From the sequence record SRR33789315_101: DNA of 33,769 bases, one strand, 5' to 3'. A program made the position numbers and the translations under genes. Under the pieces are notes generated by a model. That model saw nothing but the letters and a program-made list of their open reading frames with translations. It did not search any database and was not told where the DNA came from. This document shows positions 9,339-18,630 of this stretch, in pieces. Position 1 is the stretch's first letter, and each line of letters begins with the position of its first letter.

Positions 9339-10097
9339 TTAAATTCCGTCACCAAATTCATGTAGTCCACACTCTCTTTTCATGCCAAAGAAGCGCGTAT
9401 CTTGTTCATTCATACCTTCTTCGAGAGAACGAGTGGTATGCCAATCACCAATAGAAACATAGCCTTTTTCCCATAAGGGATGATAAGGAAGGTCGTGCTC
9501 TTTTAAGTAGTAATGAATGTCTTTATTGCTCCAATTAATAATTGGATAAATTTTAAATTGGTTTTTCAACTGCTGCACTACTGGTAAGGTTTCTCGCATA
9601 TCGGATTGACTACGACGTAAGCCTGCAAACCAACTTTTAACAGAAAGCTCTTCCAATGCCTGCTGCATCGGTTGAACCTTATTCAATTGATTATATTGCG
9701 TTATTCCATCTATACCTTGTTCCCATAATTTACCCATTCTAGCTTCTTGCCATGCGGCCGACATGGGAGCTCGATATACTTTTAAATTAAGCTTAAGCCG
9801 TTCGGTTAACTCATCAATAAATTGATATGTTTCAGGAAACAAATACCCCGTATCTGTAAGCACCACGGGAATATCCGGCATTTGGCGTGAAACCATATGG
9901 AGCATTACCGCGGCCTGTGCCCCAAAACTAGAAGACAACATAAAATTACTAGGCAGATTTTCTAAGGCCCAAGTCACTCTATCTTCGGCACTGGCTTTTT
10001 CAAGTTGCACATTTAACTGTGCAAACTCATCTGCCGAAGGAGCAAAGTGCTGCCCCTGTGTTGGTATGATTTTAGATGGCATATTCTGGCTCATCAT
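9339..10097 (-). CDS. cysH: PAPS reductase
   Basis: [29 protein letters not shown] and C-terminal ECGLH motifs; overlaps the cysI 3' end by 26 nt. Confidence 0.96.
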   Translation of the reverse strand: MMSQNMPSKIIPTQGQHFAPSADEFAQLNVQLEKASAEDRVTWALENLPSNFMLSSSFGAQAAVMLHMVSRQMPDIPVVLTDTGYLFPETYQFIDELTERLKLNLKVYRAPMSAAWQEARMGKLWEQGIDGITQYNQLNKVQPMQQALEELSVKSWFAGLRRSQSDMRETLPVVQQLKNQFKIYPIINWSNKDIHYYLKEHDLPYHPLWEKGYVSIGDWHTTRSLEEGMNEQDTRFFGMKRECGLHEFGDGI

Positions 10098-11802
10098 AAA
10101 AGTCTTTGGCAGAATTTATCACCGGCTTCACAACCTTAGCGCGGATCAAGAAATCACCGAAAGCCTCATTTTTTTCAGCCTCTTTGGCCCATCGGCCTAT
10201 TAGTACATCCAATTCGCGCATAATTTCTTTTTCGTCGATATTTTCACGATACATTCTAGGAATACGGGTACCTTCTCGATTCCCTCCCAGATAAAAATTG
10301 TATTTACCTGGCCCTTTACCCACTAAACCGACTTCAGCCAACATCGCTCTACCACAGCCATTGGGGCAACCAGTGACTCGAAAAATGACGTTCTGCTCAG
10401 CAACACCATGTTTACTTAAAATAGATTCAATTTCAGTGACGGCATCTGGCAAGTACCTTTCTGCTTCAGCCATGGCCAAGGGACAAGTTGGAAACGCAAC
10501 GCAAGCCATAGAGTTTAAGCGTTGTGCACTTACTTCATCTTCAATCAAGCCATGTTCACGTGCTAATAGCTCTATTTTATTTTTTAATTCACTCGGCACA
10601 CCAGCCACAATTAAATTTTGATTGGCAGTTAAGCGAAAATCACCAGGGTGCACTTTGGCTATTTCTGCACAACCTGTTTTTAGTGTTTTTCCGGGGTAAT
10701 CTAAAATACGGCCATTTTCAATAAACAAAGTCAGGTGATGTAAACCATCAATACCTTCTACCCAACCTATGCGATCCCCACGTTCAGTAAACTCATAAGA
10801 ACGACTATTCCCAAACTTAATACCAGCGCGTGTTTCCACTTCAGCCTTGAATACGTCAACACCAACCCGCTCAAGTGTATATTTAGTTTTAGCATTTTTG
10901 CGATTAACTCGGTTACCCCAGTCTCGCTGAGTAGTCACTACGGCTTCCGCTACAGCTAATGTATGCTCAAGAGGAATAAATCCGAAGTCATCAGCCTTAC
11001 GAGGAAATGTTGCAGTATCACCGTGAGTCATAGCTAAACCGCCACCGACCAATACGTTAAAACCGATTAACTTACCATTTTCAGCTATTGCAACAAAATT
11101 GAGATCATTGGCATGTACATCAACATCATTTTGTGGCGGTATGACCACTGTTGTTTTAAATTTACGAGGTAAATAATTACTGCCTAAAATGGGCTCTTCA
11201 TCTGTGGTTTCTAACTTTTCACCGTCCAACCAAATTTCGGCATAGGCACGAGTTTTAGGAAGTAAATGTTCACTAATTTTCTTGGCCCACTCATATGCTT
11301 CTTGATGTACAACTGATTCAATTGGGTTACTTGTACACAATACATTTCGGTTCACATCACCTGCAGTAGCGATGGAATCGATGCCCACTTTATTAAGGGT
11401 TTGATGCATGAGTTTTATATGCGGTTTTAATACACCGTGAAATTGAAATGTTTGTCTTGTTGTTAAGCGAAGACTGCCATATAAGGTTTGCTCTTTAGCA
11501 AACTGATCAATAGCTAACCATTGAGAGGGCGTAATAATACCACCTGGTAAACGTGCACGAAGCATGACGTTTTGTAACGGTTCTAACTTTTGTTTTGCGC
11601 GTTCGGCACGAATATCGCGGTCATCTTGTTGATACATTCCATGAAAACGAATTAACTGGAAATTATCAGCGCTGAAACCACCTGTAAGGTCATTCTTTAA
11701 GTCTTCAGCAATGGTGCCACGTAAAAAATTACTGCGGCTTTTCATTCTCTCGTTATCAGCTAACTTGCCTTGTACAACATATTTGTCATTATTGGTTGTC
11801 AT
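10072..11802 (-). CDS. cysI: Sulfite reductase hemoprotein subunit
   Basis: [18 protein letters not shown], and siroheme/Fe-S ligand motifs CVAFPTC and GCPNGC. Confidence 0.98.
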   Translation of the reverse strand: MTTNNDKYVVQGKLADNERMKSRSNFLRGTIAEDLKNDLTGGFSADNFQLIRFHGMYQQDDRDIRAERAKQKLEPLQNVMLRARLPGGIITPSQWLAIDQFAKEQTLYGSLRLTTRQTFQFHGVLKPHIKLMHQTLNKVGIDSIATAGDVNRNVLCTSNPIESVVHQEAYEWAKKISEHLLPKTRAYAEIWLDGEKLETTDEEPILGSNYLPRKFKTTVVIPPQNDVDVHANDLNFVAIAENGKLIGFNVLVGGGLAMTHGDTATFPRKADDFGFIPLEHTLAVAEAVVTTQRDWGNRVNRKNAKTKYTLERVGVDVFKAEVETRAGIKFGNSRSYEFTERGDRIGWVEGIDGLHHLTLFIENGRILDYPGKTLKTGCAEIAKVHPGDFRLTANQNLIVAGVPSELKNKIELLAREHGLIEDEVSAQRLNSMACVAFPTCPLAMAEAERYLPDAVTEIESILSKHGVAEQNVIFRVTGCPNGCGRAMLAEVGLVGKGPGKYNFYLGGNREGTRIPRMYRENIDEKEIMRELDVLIGRWAKEAEKNEAFGDFLIRAKVVKPVINSAKDFYDEPEYAI

Positions 11803-13610
11803 TAATAAACATCCTTCTGATAGCGTTTAGCACGACGCAGTTCCATCAGGTACTGCTCAGCTTGTTCGGTCGTTTTATCACCGTGTAGTTCTACGATAGA
11901 CATTAGCGCATCATGCACGTCTTTTGCCATATGATCTGCATCACCACATACATAAAGGTGCGCGCCGTCTTGCAACCATTGATAGACCTCAGCGCCTTGT
12001 TCTAAAAGACGATGTTGCACATATACTTTTTCTTCTTGATCTCGAGAAAAAGCCAAACTTACTTTATCTACTACGCCATCTTTAACAAAACGTTGCCACT
12101 CAACTTGATAAAGAAAATCTTGAGTGTAATTGGGGTTACCAAAAAACAACCAATTTTTACCTTGGCTTTCATCCACATCTCGTTGCTGCATAAAGGCCCT
12201 GAAGGGCGCAATACCAGTACCTGGACCGATCATAATTACAGGGGTATCTGGACTTTCTGGTAAACGGAAGTTTTCATTCTTCTCAACAAAAACTCTTACA
12301 TCACCACCTTCTTCCAAGCGTTTTGATAAAAACGCAGAGGCACCGCCCTGATGTTCGAAGCCATGCGCTTCATACTCAACCACTGCAACAGTAAGATGCA
12401 CTTCATCCTCAACTTCAGCTTGACTTGAAGCGATTGAATAAAGTCTTGGTGTCATCGAGCGTAGGGTATCAACAAACTGTTGTGCTGTTAATTTAGCGGG
12501 ACACTCACGCACTACATCAATAATTTGGCGTTCGGCTAAATAAACGCGCAAAACGGCTTTATCTTCCAATTTAGCGGCTAATTCAACATTTTGAGCAAAC
12601 TCGTTATAGGCTTTTACAAAAGTCGGATAACTTTGGGTTAGTTCTAGCTTTTCCACTAATACATCTAAAATAGTGAAAGATTGCTCAGCCCATTTAACCG
12701 ATGTCTGTTTATCAATTGCTAAGAGTTCAAGTAAGTCTTCAACCATTTTTACATCGTTGTTGAACCATACACCCAAGGCATCTCCGGGCTGATATTGAAT
12801 ACCTGAATCTTCTAAAGATATTTCAATGTGTCTAATATCTTTAATTGAGTCTCTACCAGTAATTTTTTGACTTGCAAGTAAAGTACCTTTGAACGGGAAT
12901 TTTTTGTTGTATTCCACAACACTTAATTCACTGTGTGAGCCACTAGTACTCGATTGAGGAGCGACTGACTCAACATGCAATAGCTCTTCTGAAATTTTAG
13001 CCATAAGTGCATCAGACCAAGCATTGACTGTTGCATCATAATCAACATCACAATCTACGCGATCAAGCAGTCTTTGCGCACCCAGGTCAGCTAAGCGCTG
13101 ATCAAAGTCTTTACCCGTTTGACAGAAAAACTCGTAACTACTATCACCTAATCCTAAAACAGAAAAACGTAAATCAGCTAATTTAGGCGCCTTTTTACTG
13201 GCCAAAAAGGCATGTAACTCAACCGCGTCATCTGGTGCATCACCTTCTCCATGAGTACTAACAATAGCAACCACATGGCTCTCAGATTTTAACTGTTTGG
13301 CTTTGTAGTCAGCCATACTGACCAATATGCAGGAAATATTGTTGGCGTCTAATTTGGCTTTCAACTCTGCGGCAACGAGTTTAGCGTTACCTGTTTGAGA
13401 GCCAAATAAAATAGTGAGGCTCTTTGCTACTGTAGCCGCTTGGCTAGGCAAAGTTTGCTGCTGATTGGACTGAGCCAAACCAGCAAAATAACCACTTAAC
13501 CAGTTCAATTGCGATGCATTTAGCGCAGTTGTTACTTGATTAATGGCAGCCCATTGAGGGTCATTAAGACCGACCGCGATGTTGGAACGATTATTTGCTT
13601 CTGAAGACAT
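11802..13610 (-). CDS. cysJ: Sulfite reductase flavoprotein subunit
   Basis: Flavodoxin [25 protein letters not shown] and terminal RYQKDVY; TAATG coupling to cysI. Confidence 0.98.
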   Translation of the reverse strand: MSSEANNRSNIAVGLNDPQWAAINQVTTALNASQLNWLSGYFAGLAQSNQQQTLPSQAATVAKSLTILFGSQTGNAKLVAAELKAKLDANNISCILVSMADYKAKQLKSESHVVAIVSTHGEGDAPDDAVELHAFLASKKAPKLADLRFSVLGLGDSSYEFFCQTGKDFDQRLADLGAQRLLDRVDCDVDYDATVNAWSDALMAKISEELLHVESVAPQSSTSGSHSELSVVEYNKKFPFKGTLLASQKITGRDSIKDIRHIEISLEDSGIQYQPGDALGVWFNNDVKMVEDLLELLAIDKQTSVKWAEQSFTILDVLVEKLELTQSYPTFVKAYNEFAQNVELAAKLEDKAVLRVYLAERQIIDVVRECPAKLTAQQFVDTLRSMTPRLYSIASSQAEVEDEVHLTVAVVEYEAHGFEHQGGASAFLSKRLEEGGDVRVFVEKNENFRLPESPDTPVIMIGPGTGIAPFRAFMQQRDVDESQGKNWLFFGNPNYTQDFLYQVEWQRFVKDGVVDKVSLAFSRDQEEKVYVQHRLLEQGAEVYQWLQDGAHLYVCGDADHMAKDVHDALMSIVELHGDKTTEQAEQYLMELRRAKRYQKDVY

Positions 13611-13709
13611 AAATCACTAACCCTTATTGATACCCAACTAGGTTAGCGATTTATTTTCATAACCGGAAAGAATAAATACTGATTTTTTATTACTTAAAAG
13701 CCTGAATAA

Positions 13710-14468
13710 TTAAAAATGTACTTCAAGTCCTGCAAATACACCCTTAAATTCAAGATCGGAATAGATACTGTCTAAATCATCTAATTCTACTTTTACTGCG
13801 CGATAACCCAATTGAAAAGTCAAATCAACCGCTAGGTTTTCCATTAAGCTGTACGTGACTGCTGCCTGATAGTCGCTCAATGTCTGGTCATCAAAACTTA
13901 AAAAGCTACCTTCAACATACACACCAAAACCGGTGGCAGGAATACCAAAAGCTAATCGAGAATAGCCCATAGGAACAATTCCAGAAAATTCTTCACGGCC
14001 AGTATTTGTTGGATCGCTTTTATCAATAACAAATAATTCACCATCAATGTATTTAGCGTTAATACCAACATCAAAGCTAATTAAGTCATTATCAAACAAT
14101 TCATAATAAAAAATAGCATCGGTAGAACTTAGTTTAACATCTGTAACTGCCGTGCTGTTACTGGTAAATAGCTCATCACCAAATGTAAAGCTGGTTTCCA
14201 CCACTACATCACCTTGGGTGTTCATTGATGTTCTTTGTAATTTAATATTAGGGATCAAAGGAATTGGATGTTCTAGCGCGACATAAACGCTTGATTTAGT
14301 TTTGTCAGTAAAATTAAAGTTAATATTACTGCCATCGTCAGAAAAACCACCTGTGGTTTCCATGTTCCAAGCTTGCGCACCTGCATAGAGTCCTAATACA
14401 GTATCAGCTTGACTCGAAAAACTACTGAGTAGTCCGAGCAGACTAAGAGATATCACCTGTTTTTGCAT
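13710..14468 (-). CDS. TIGR04219-like outer-membrane beta-barrel protein
   Basis: Signal peptide, ALEHPIPLIPNIK and YYELFDND motifs, and a C-terminal beta-signal ending in Phe (GLEVHF). Confidence 0.85.
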   Translation of the reverse strand: MQKQVISLSLLGLLSSFSSQADTVLGLYAGAQAWNMETTGGFSDDGSNINFNFTDKTKSSVYVALEHPIPLIPNIKLQRTSMNTQGDVVVETSFTFGDELFTSNSTAVTDVKLSSTDAIFYYELFDNDLISFDVGINAKYIDGELFVIDKSDPTNTGREEFSGIVPMGYSRLAFGIPATGFGVYVEGSFLSFDDQTLSDYQAAVTYSLMENLAVDLTFQLGYRAVKVELDDLDSIYSDLEFKGVFAGLEVHF

Positions 14469-14472
14469 AAAA

Positions 14473-15465
14473 TTATCCCTGATTGAGAATTTCTGTTAGT
14501 TCGATTAAAGCCGCATTGGCTCGAGAAATATAGTTAGCCATGACCAAAGAATGGTTAGCCAAAAGCCCAAAGCCACTGCCATTTAAAATAATGGGACTCC
14601 ATATGGGTTCTTGAGTTGCTTCTAACTCACGTATTATTTGCTGTAAGCTGATGCGCGCATTCTTTTTTTCTAATACATCAGCAAAGTCAGCCTCTACCGC
14701 CCTTAAAAAATGTAACAAAGCCCAACTTGCACCACGCGCTTCATAAAATGTGTCATCTAGCTGCCACCAACTGGTTTTATCAATAAGTTGCTTTGCGGAA
14801 GGCGTTGACTGCGTTGCTTGTGCATCACCCGCCAAACTCGTATCTAAACGCTCCTGCCCTACACTGGCACTCAATCTTTGCGACAAGCTACCTAAACGTT
14901 TTTCTACTTGTTTAATCCAGTCTCGCAAATTGTCTGCGCGAGCATAAAATTGGCCTTGTCCTTGGTTCACGTCAGACAAACTAGAGCGATATTGATAAAG
15001 ATAATCGATACCCTCTTGATAACGTGATTCAGCAGATGGCAGAATCCAATCCAAGTGGTTGTTATTAAATAAAGGCTGGGCTTTGGTTAAAAAGCTGTTT
15101 TCGATAGATTGTGATTGTGAACGACTTAAATCTTTGCGCATTGCCAGCGCTAAATCTCGGGTCATTTCAAGTACCCCAAATTCCCAACTTGGCATATCGT
15201 CCATAAACACACTGGGTGGTAATACATCGTTTGATAGGTAACCACCTGATTTATTTAATAATGATTCACTGACAGCAATCAGAGTCGTTGTCATAACATA
15301 GCCAGGCACGACTTTTTCGTCATTGATTTGCGCCTGTTGTTGAGCCAACAGCTTAGGCTCAAATAAATCAGGTTCTACGCTCCAAAAAATCGACAGTATC
15401 CACATTAACAATAGAAAAATGCCGCAATAAAGGGTAATCCACTTAATGCCAAAAAATCGTTGCAT
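14473..15465 (-). CDS. DUF2333-family membrane-anchored periplasmic protein
   Basis: N-terminal TM; GGYLSND, WEFGVL, FYARADNL, FYEARG and ANHSLVMANYISRANAA motifs; RBS GAGGA. Confidence 0.85.
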   Translation of the reverse strand: MQRFFGIKWITLYCGIFLLLMWILSIFWSVEPDLFEPKLLAQQQAQINDEKVVPGYVMTTTLIAVSESLLNKSGGYLSNDVLPPSVFMDDMPSWEFGVLEMTRDLALAMRKDLSRSQSQSIENSFLTKAQPLFNNNHLDWILPSAESRYQEGIDYLYQYRSSLSDVNQGQGQFYARADNLRDWIKQVEKRLGSLSQRLSASVGQERLDTSLAGDAQATQSTPSAKQLIDKTSWWQLDDTFYEARGASWALLHFLRAVEADFADVLEKKNARISLQQIIRELEATQEPIWSPIILNGSGFGLLANHSLVMANYISRANAALIELTEILNQG

Positions 15466-15486
15466 GGTATTTCCTCAATGTCGTGG

Positions 15487-15900
15487 TTAGGGCTTTGCCA
15501 CAATGGCGTCAAACTCAATTTTAGCGCCAGATTGAGTTTGTACATACAGCTTAACACTTTGACCTTCACTTAAGGGCTTAACTAAACCAAAGATCATCAA
15601 GTGCAAACCACCAGACACAAATTGAATCGTTTCTTTAGCTGGGAGCACTAATTCATTTAAATGCACCATCTTCATGGTATCTGCTGTCATAATGTGTTTG
15701 TGTATTTCGACACTTCTGGCTATTTCGCTGCCTGCTCCAATTAAAACCTCTGGTTCATCACCGGTATTTTCTATTTCAAAATACGCTGAAGTATTTGGCA
15801 TGCCCGGTGGGAGCAATCTCACTTCAGCCTTTTTTACTACTAATTGCGCATGACAATTAAAAATGAAAAGTGCCATTACCAAAGTCAACATTCGAAGCAT
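15487..15900 (-). CDS. Periplasmic copper chaperone PCu(A)C
   Basis: Signal peptide; EIH..MKM..GGLHLM copper-binding pattern. Confidence 0.9.
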   Translation of the reverse strand: MLRMLTLVMALFIFNCHAQLVVKKAEVRLLPPGMPNTSAYFEIENTGDEPEVLIGAGSEIARSVEIHKHIMTADTMKMVHLNELVLPAKETIQFVSGGLHLMIFGLVKPLSEGQSVKLYVQTQSGAKIEFDAIVAKP

Positions 15901-15987
15901 TATTTATCCTTTGAAGAACTATTAAAGAGTGGAATTATTCAGTAAATCCATCTATTTTACCAATGCTTCATCATACTTTTTTATTAC

Positions 15988-16332
15988 TCAATAATGTTTG
16001 TGTTGCCGAGTGGTGTTTTTGTCTTTCACTAAATAATAAACAACTAGTGCAAATAGTAAAATGGGCCAAAATGCACTAACTCCCGCAATGAATATAGCAA
16101 AAATTCCGGCACATATTGCAAAAACGATTGCACCAATCACACTGAGTGCTACTACAAAGCCCACTACTACTAATACCGCAACTACCATGGTTACAATTAA
16201 AATAGTCATAAAAGGTTCTATCCAATGTTGGTCAACTTGAACTCTTAAATCGAGCCATTGGGTTGCAATCATGCCAACACTGTAGGTCAGCACAACGGCA
16301 ATTAAAACGGCTAACAATAAATTCTTTAACAT
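15988..16332 (-). CDS. Hydrophobic membrane protein, possibly PspG-like
   Basis: Several TM stretches. The C-terminal WPILLFALVVYYLVKDK resembles the PspG tail. RBS GGAG, 7 nt after the pspC-domain stop. Confidence 0.7.
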   Translation of the reverse strand: MLKNLLLAVLIAVVLTYSVGMIATQWLDLRVQVDQHWIEPFMTILIVTMVVAVLVVVGFVVALSVIGAIVFAICAGIFAIFIAGVSAFWPILLFALVVYYLVKDKNTTRQHKHY

Positions 16333-16339
16333 GCTCCAC

Positions 16340-16540
16340 CTACCGCGAAGGAAGTAAAAGTACTGCCGTAATATAGGCTACAGCTGTAACCATCGGTAAA
16401 CAAACCAACGCGATGAGGGCTGCCACCCTGATTAACCATCTAGGCTGATTCCAGTATTTGGCTAAACCTGCACAAACACCTGAAATTTTACTGTGTAACT
16501 TATCTTTATGAAGGCGATTAACATCAATATACTGTCTCAT
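16340..16540 (-). CDS. pspC: PspC-domain membrane protein, short form
   Basis: RLHKD..KISGVCAGLAKYW..LIRV..AYITAVLLLP is the PspC N-terminal domain; 66 aa with no C-terminal cytoplasmic domain. Confidence 0.85.
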   Translation of the reverse strand: MRQYIDVNRLHKDKLHSKISGVCAGLAKYWNQPRWLIRVAALIALVCLPMVTAVAYITAVLLLPSR

Positions 16541-16571
16541 TTTGAATTCCTTACTGTGTATTTAATATTGC

Positions 16572-16594
16572 AGTGGCAACCTTTGGATGCCACT
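16572..16594 (-). other. Intercistronic hairpin after pspA
   Basis: AGTGGCA..TGCCACT stem with no U-tract; possible mRNA-stabilising structure. Confidence 0.5.
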
Positions 16595-16612
16595 CACTTA
16601 ACCCGCACAACG

Positions 16613-17272
16613 CTAGGCTACTTTTTTGCGTAACTCAGCTAGCTCTTGTTCGATTTTTTCTTGTGCTTCTAACTGCACAAATTGGCTGTTTAAGCTTTGT
16701 GATGACTGCACTAATTCATAAGAATCAACCTGTGCTTCTAAATCATCAATACGGCGCTCATATTGCTCAAATCGGCCTATTGCGGTTTCAATTCGTTCAA
16801 CATGTGTATTTGTCTTTACCTGCAAACGCACTGCAACAGAACGCTCCCTGATTACCAATGAATTCTGTTTAGCACGTGCTTCCACAAGCTTCTCTTGTAA
16901 CTTAACTGTATCAGCCTGAAGGTCACTTAAAGCACTTGCAATGATACTTAGTTCAGACTCACAGCTAACTAACTGCTGCTGACATTGGTGTTTCTCTGCT
17001 AATGCGCCACGAGCCAGGTCTTCCCGATCTTTGTCAATAGCCAAAGCAGCTTTGCTTTGCCAACCCTTAATTTGCTGTTGCATTTTTTCCATTTTACGTT
17101 CAAGTCTTTTTTTCTCAGCTAGGTTGGAGGCAGCAACAGAGCGCAACTCAACAAGGGCTTCATCCATCTCTTGAATTAAGAGTTTTAATACTTTTGCCGG
17201 ATCTTCGGCCTTGTCTAAAATGGCATTTACATTTGCTTGTACTATGTCTGATATTCTTGAAACTAATCCCAT
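16613..17272 (-). CDS. pspA: Phage shock protein A (PspA/IM30 family), divergent paralogue
   Basis: SRISDIVQANVNAILDKAEDP..LIQEM, WQSKAALA..REDLARGAL and FEQYERRIDDLEA motifs; coiled coil. Confidence 0.92.
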   Translation of the reverse strand: MGLVSRISDIVQANVNAILDKAEDPAKVLKLLIQEMDEALVELRSVAASNLAEKKRLERKMEKMQQQIKGWQSKAALAIDKDREDLARGALAEKHQCQQQLVSCESELSIIASALSDLQADTVKLQEKLVEARAKQNSLVIRERSVAVRLQVKTNTHVERIETAIGRFEQYERRIDDLEAQVDSYELVQSSQSLNSQFVQLEAQEKIEQELAELRKKVA

Positions 17273-17335
17273 GGCACTTCTCCAATTAAGTTAAATAAGT
17301 ATCTAGCATCAAAATCGTTACTAGTACATAGCTAT

Positions 17336-17351
17336 TACAATTGGCATGCCA
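17336..17351 (-). promoter_or_regulatory. Sigma54 promoter of pspA
   Basis: TGGCATGCCAATTGTA (GG-N10-GT), with the same non-canonical -12 as the E. coli pspA promoter TGGCACGCAAATTGTA (recalled). Confidence 0.85.
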
Positions 17352-17432
17352 ATCTTTTAAAATGCATAAGCGACTGTATTTATTGATTTTTTTAATTTTT
17401 ATCTTGTGAGAAGGGATTTATGAAATTGGCAG

Positions 17433-17470
17433 TTAGCCAAATTCACACTTTAGTTAGTCAATTTAGCTAA
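17433..17470. promoter_or_regulatory. Paired PspF-like upstream activator sites
   Basis: TTAGCCAAATTCACACT (17433) and TTAGTCAATTTAGCTAA (17454), 21 bp apart, about 85-120 bp upstream of the -24 element. Confidence 0.65.
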
Positions 17471-17844
17471 AAAATAAGAACGATGAAAAAAACCTAATAA
17501 CAAACTAAAAAGAGAATATTAGCCATTATCTCTTAGGCGATAAGTAGGCCATTGTTCAGGGTTTACCACCCACCGTTTTTGCTTAGTGATCGCTCAGCGC
17601 GAATTAAATTGGCTTTAATTAAAGCGCTGCATGAAGAAATAGCACTGTTTTTTTTGCGTACAAACAGCGCATAGTAAAGCCTTTAAGACTTGCCCAAAAA
17701 AATGTCTCAGTAGATTGAATGCTGCGTAGTTATAATTTGATGTTAAGAAGCCATTCCAACATAGTTACGGCTTACTCTAACACCGCTGAATTCACTCTGA
17801 GTAAGTCATTAATTAATCGACTAGATATTATCAATATGCTTCAT

Positions 17845-17962
17845 TAAAACTAACTACATGGTTAGTAAACTAACAGTGGTTACACTGTTTAGTGGACGTC
17901 ATGATTAAGAAAGTTAAATCAATCAACAACACGGAACATATGATAGAGAGGAGAGTGTGGAT
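17845..17962 (-). ncRNA. Candidate small RNA
   Basis: Upstream TTGACC-N19-TATAAT; CU-rich 5' end; two 3' hairpins followed by a short U-run; no credible ORF. Boundaries are inferred. Confidence 0.35.
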
Positions 17963-18005
17963 GTAGATTATACATAGAAGATAGGCAAAACGGTCAATAC
18001 AGAAA

Positions 18006-18158
18006 TTAGAGACCGTTTCTACAATGAGAAGATAACGATGCCCACTTAATTATCGCAGACTTATGCACTAAGCCTATTAGGCTGAATACTAATGCTCCTG
18101 CGATATAAGCGAAGACTGGCGCCAAAGAAATCAACAAAAGAGATACATGACTAAGCAT
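18006..18158 (-). CDS. 50-aa small membrane protein (not in the ORF track)
   Basis: Hand translation: MLSHVSLLLISLAPVFAYIAGALVFSLIGLVHKSAIIKWASLSSHCRNGL. RBS AAGGAAGGA overlaps the upstream stop; one TM helix. Confidence 0.7.
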   Translation of the reverse strand: MLSHVSLLLISLAPVFAYIAGALVFSLIGLVHKSAIIKWASLSSHCRNGL

Positions 18159-18167
18159 AATCCTTCC

Positions 18168-18443
18168 TTATTCAGCGCTATTTTTATCTGCCTCAACTAA
18201 TTTTATGTCAGTAATACTTACTTTAGGTACGTAAGCTTTCTCTTCACTTAAACTTAATGAATACGTCGCATTTAACACAGCTTCTTGGACACCATATTGC
18301 ACTTCTTGTTGTGCAACAGCCATGGCTTGTGAAACTAGTTGGGTAACGATTTGCTCAACGCTAACTTCATTGGCGTTCGCGCTATTAGCAAAAATCAAAC
18401 TAGTGGCTAAAGCGACAACAGCAATTTTAGATTTAGTAAACAT
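18168..18443 (-). CDS. 91-aa secreted hypothetical protein
   Basis: Sec signal MFTKSKIAVVALATSLIFANSANA; RBS AAAGGA; helical Q/V/A-rich mature part. Confidence 0.8.
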   Translation of the reverse strand: MFTKSKIAVVALATSLIFANSANANEVSVEQIVTQLVSQAMAVAQQEVQYGVQEAVLNATYSLSLSEEKAYVPKVSITDIKLVEADKNSAE

Positions 18444-18520
18444 GATAATTTCCTTTTAATGGTTAAGTTAACAATAATCTTAAGCGATTAGACTGTTAAT
18501 GCTTAAGTCGCAATACCTAC

Positions 18521-18536
18521 TGCGATAGTTGTGCCA
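18521..18536 (-). promoter_or_regulatory. Sigma54 promoter
   Basis: TGGCACAACTATCGCA (GG-N10-GC); IHF-like AATCATTGTTTTA at 18555-18567. Confidence 0.8.
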
Positions 18537-18630
18537 AAATGGAAATAAATCGTAAATCATTGTTTTATATGTAAATTATCACCTAACCGTTGTGTCGAAC
18601 TAAACGCACAAAAATCAACCGAATCATAAT

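Noticed and set aside
13611-13709. CysB site upstream of cysJ
   Set aside because: It is expected biologically, but the motif is too degenerate to locate in this AT-rich DNA.
16541-16612. pspB between pspA and pspC
   Set aside because: The gap is only 72 nt, too short for PspB.
17901-17966. 21-codon plus-strand ORF (MIKKVKSINNTEHMIERRVWM)
   Set aside because: It has a weak RBS, no motif and no supporting promoter; such short ORFs are expected by chance.
17480-18005. CsrB/RsmZ-type RNA, CRISPR array or IS remnant in the long intergenic gap
   Set aside because: There are no repeated GGA hairpins, no repeat-spacer periodicity, and no terminal inverted repeats or transposase fragments.
17981-18030. 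GGCAAA..GAAA..GAC resembling a c-di-GMP-I riboswitch
   Set aside because: It lacks the GACGCAAAG junction and second stem, lies antisense to the local genes, and overlaps the 50-aa ORF end.
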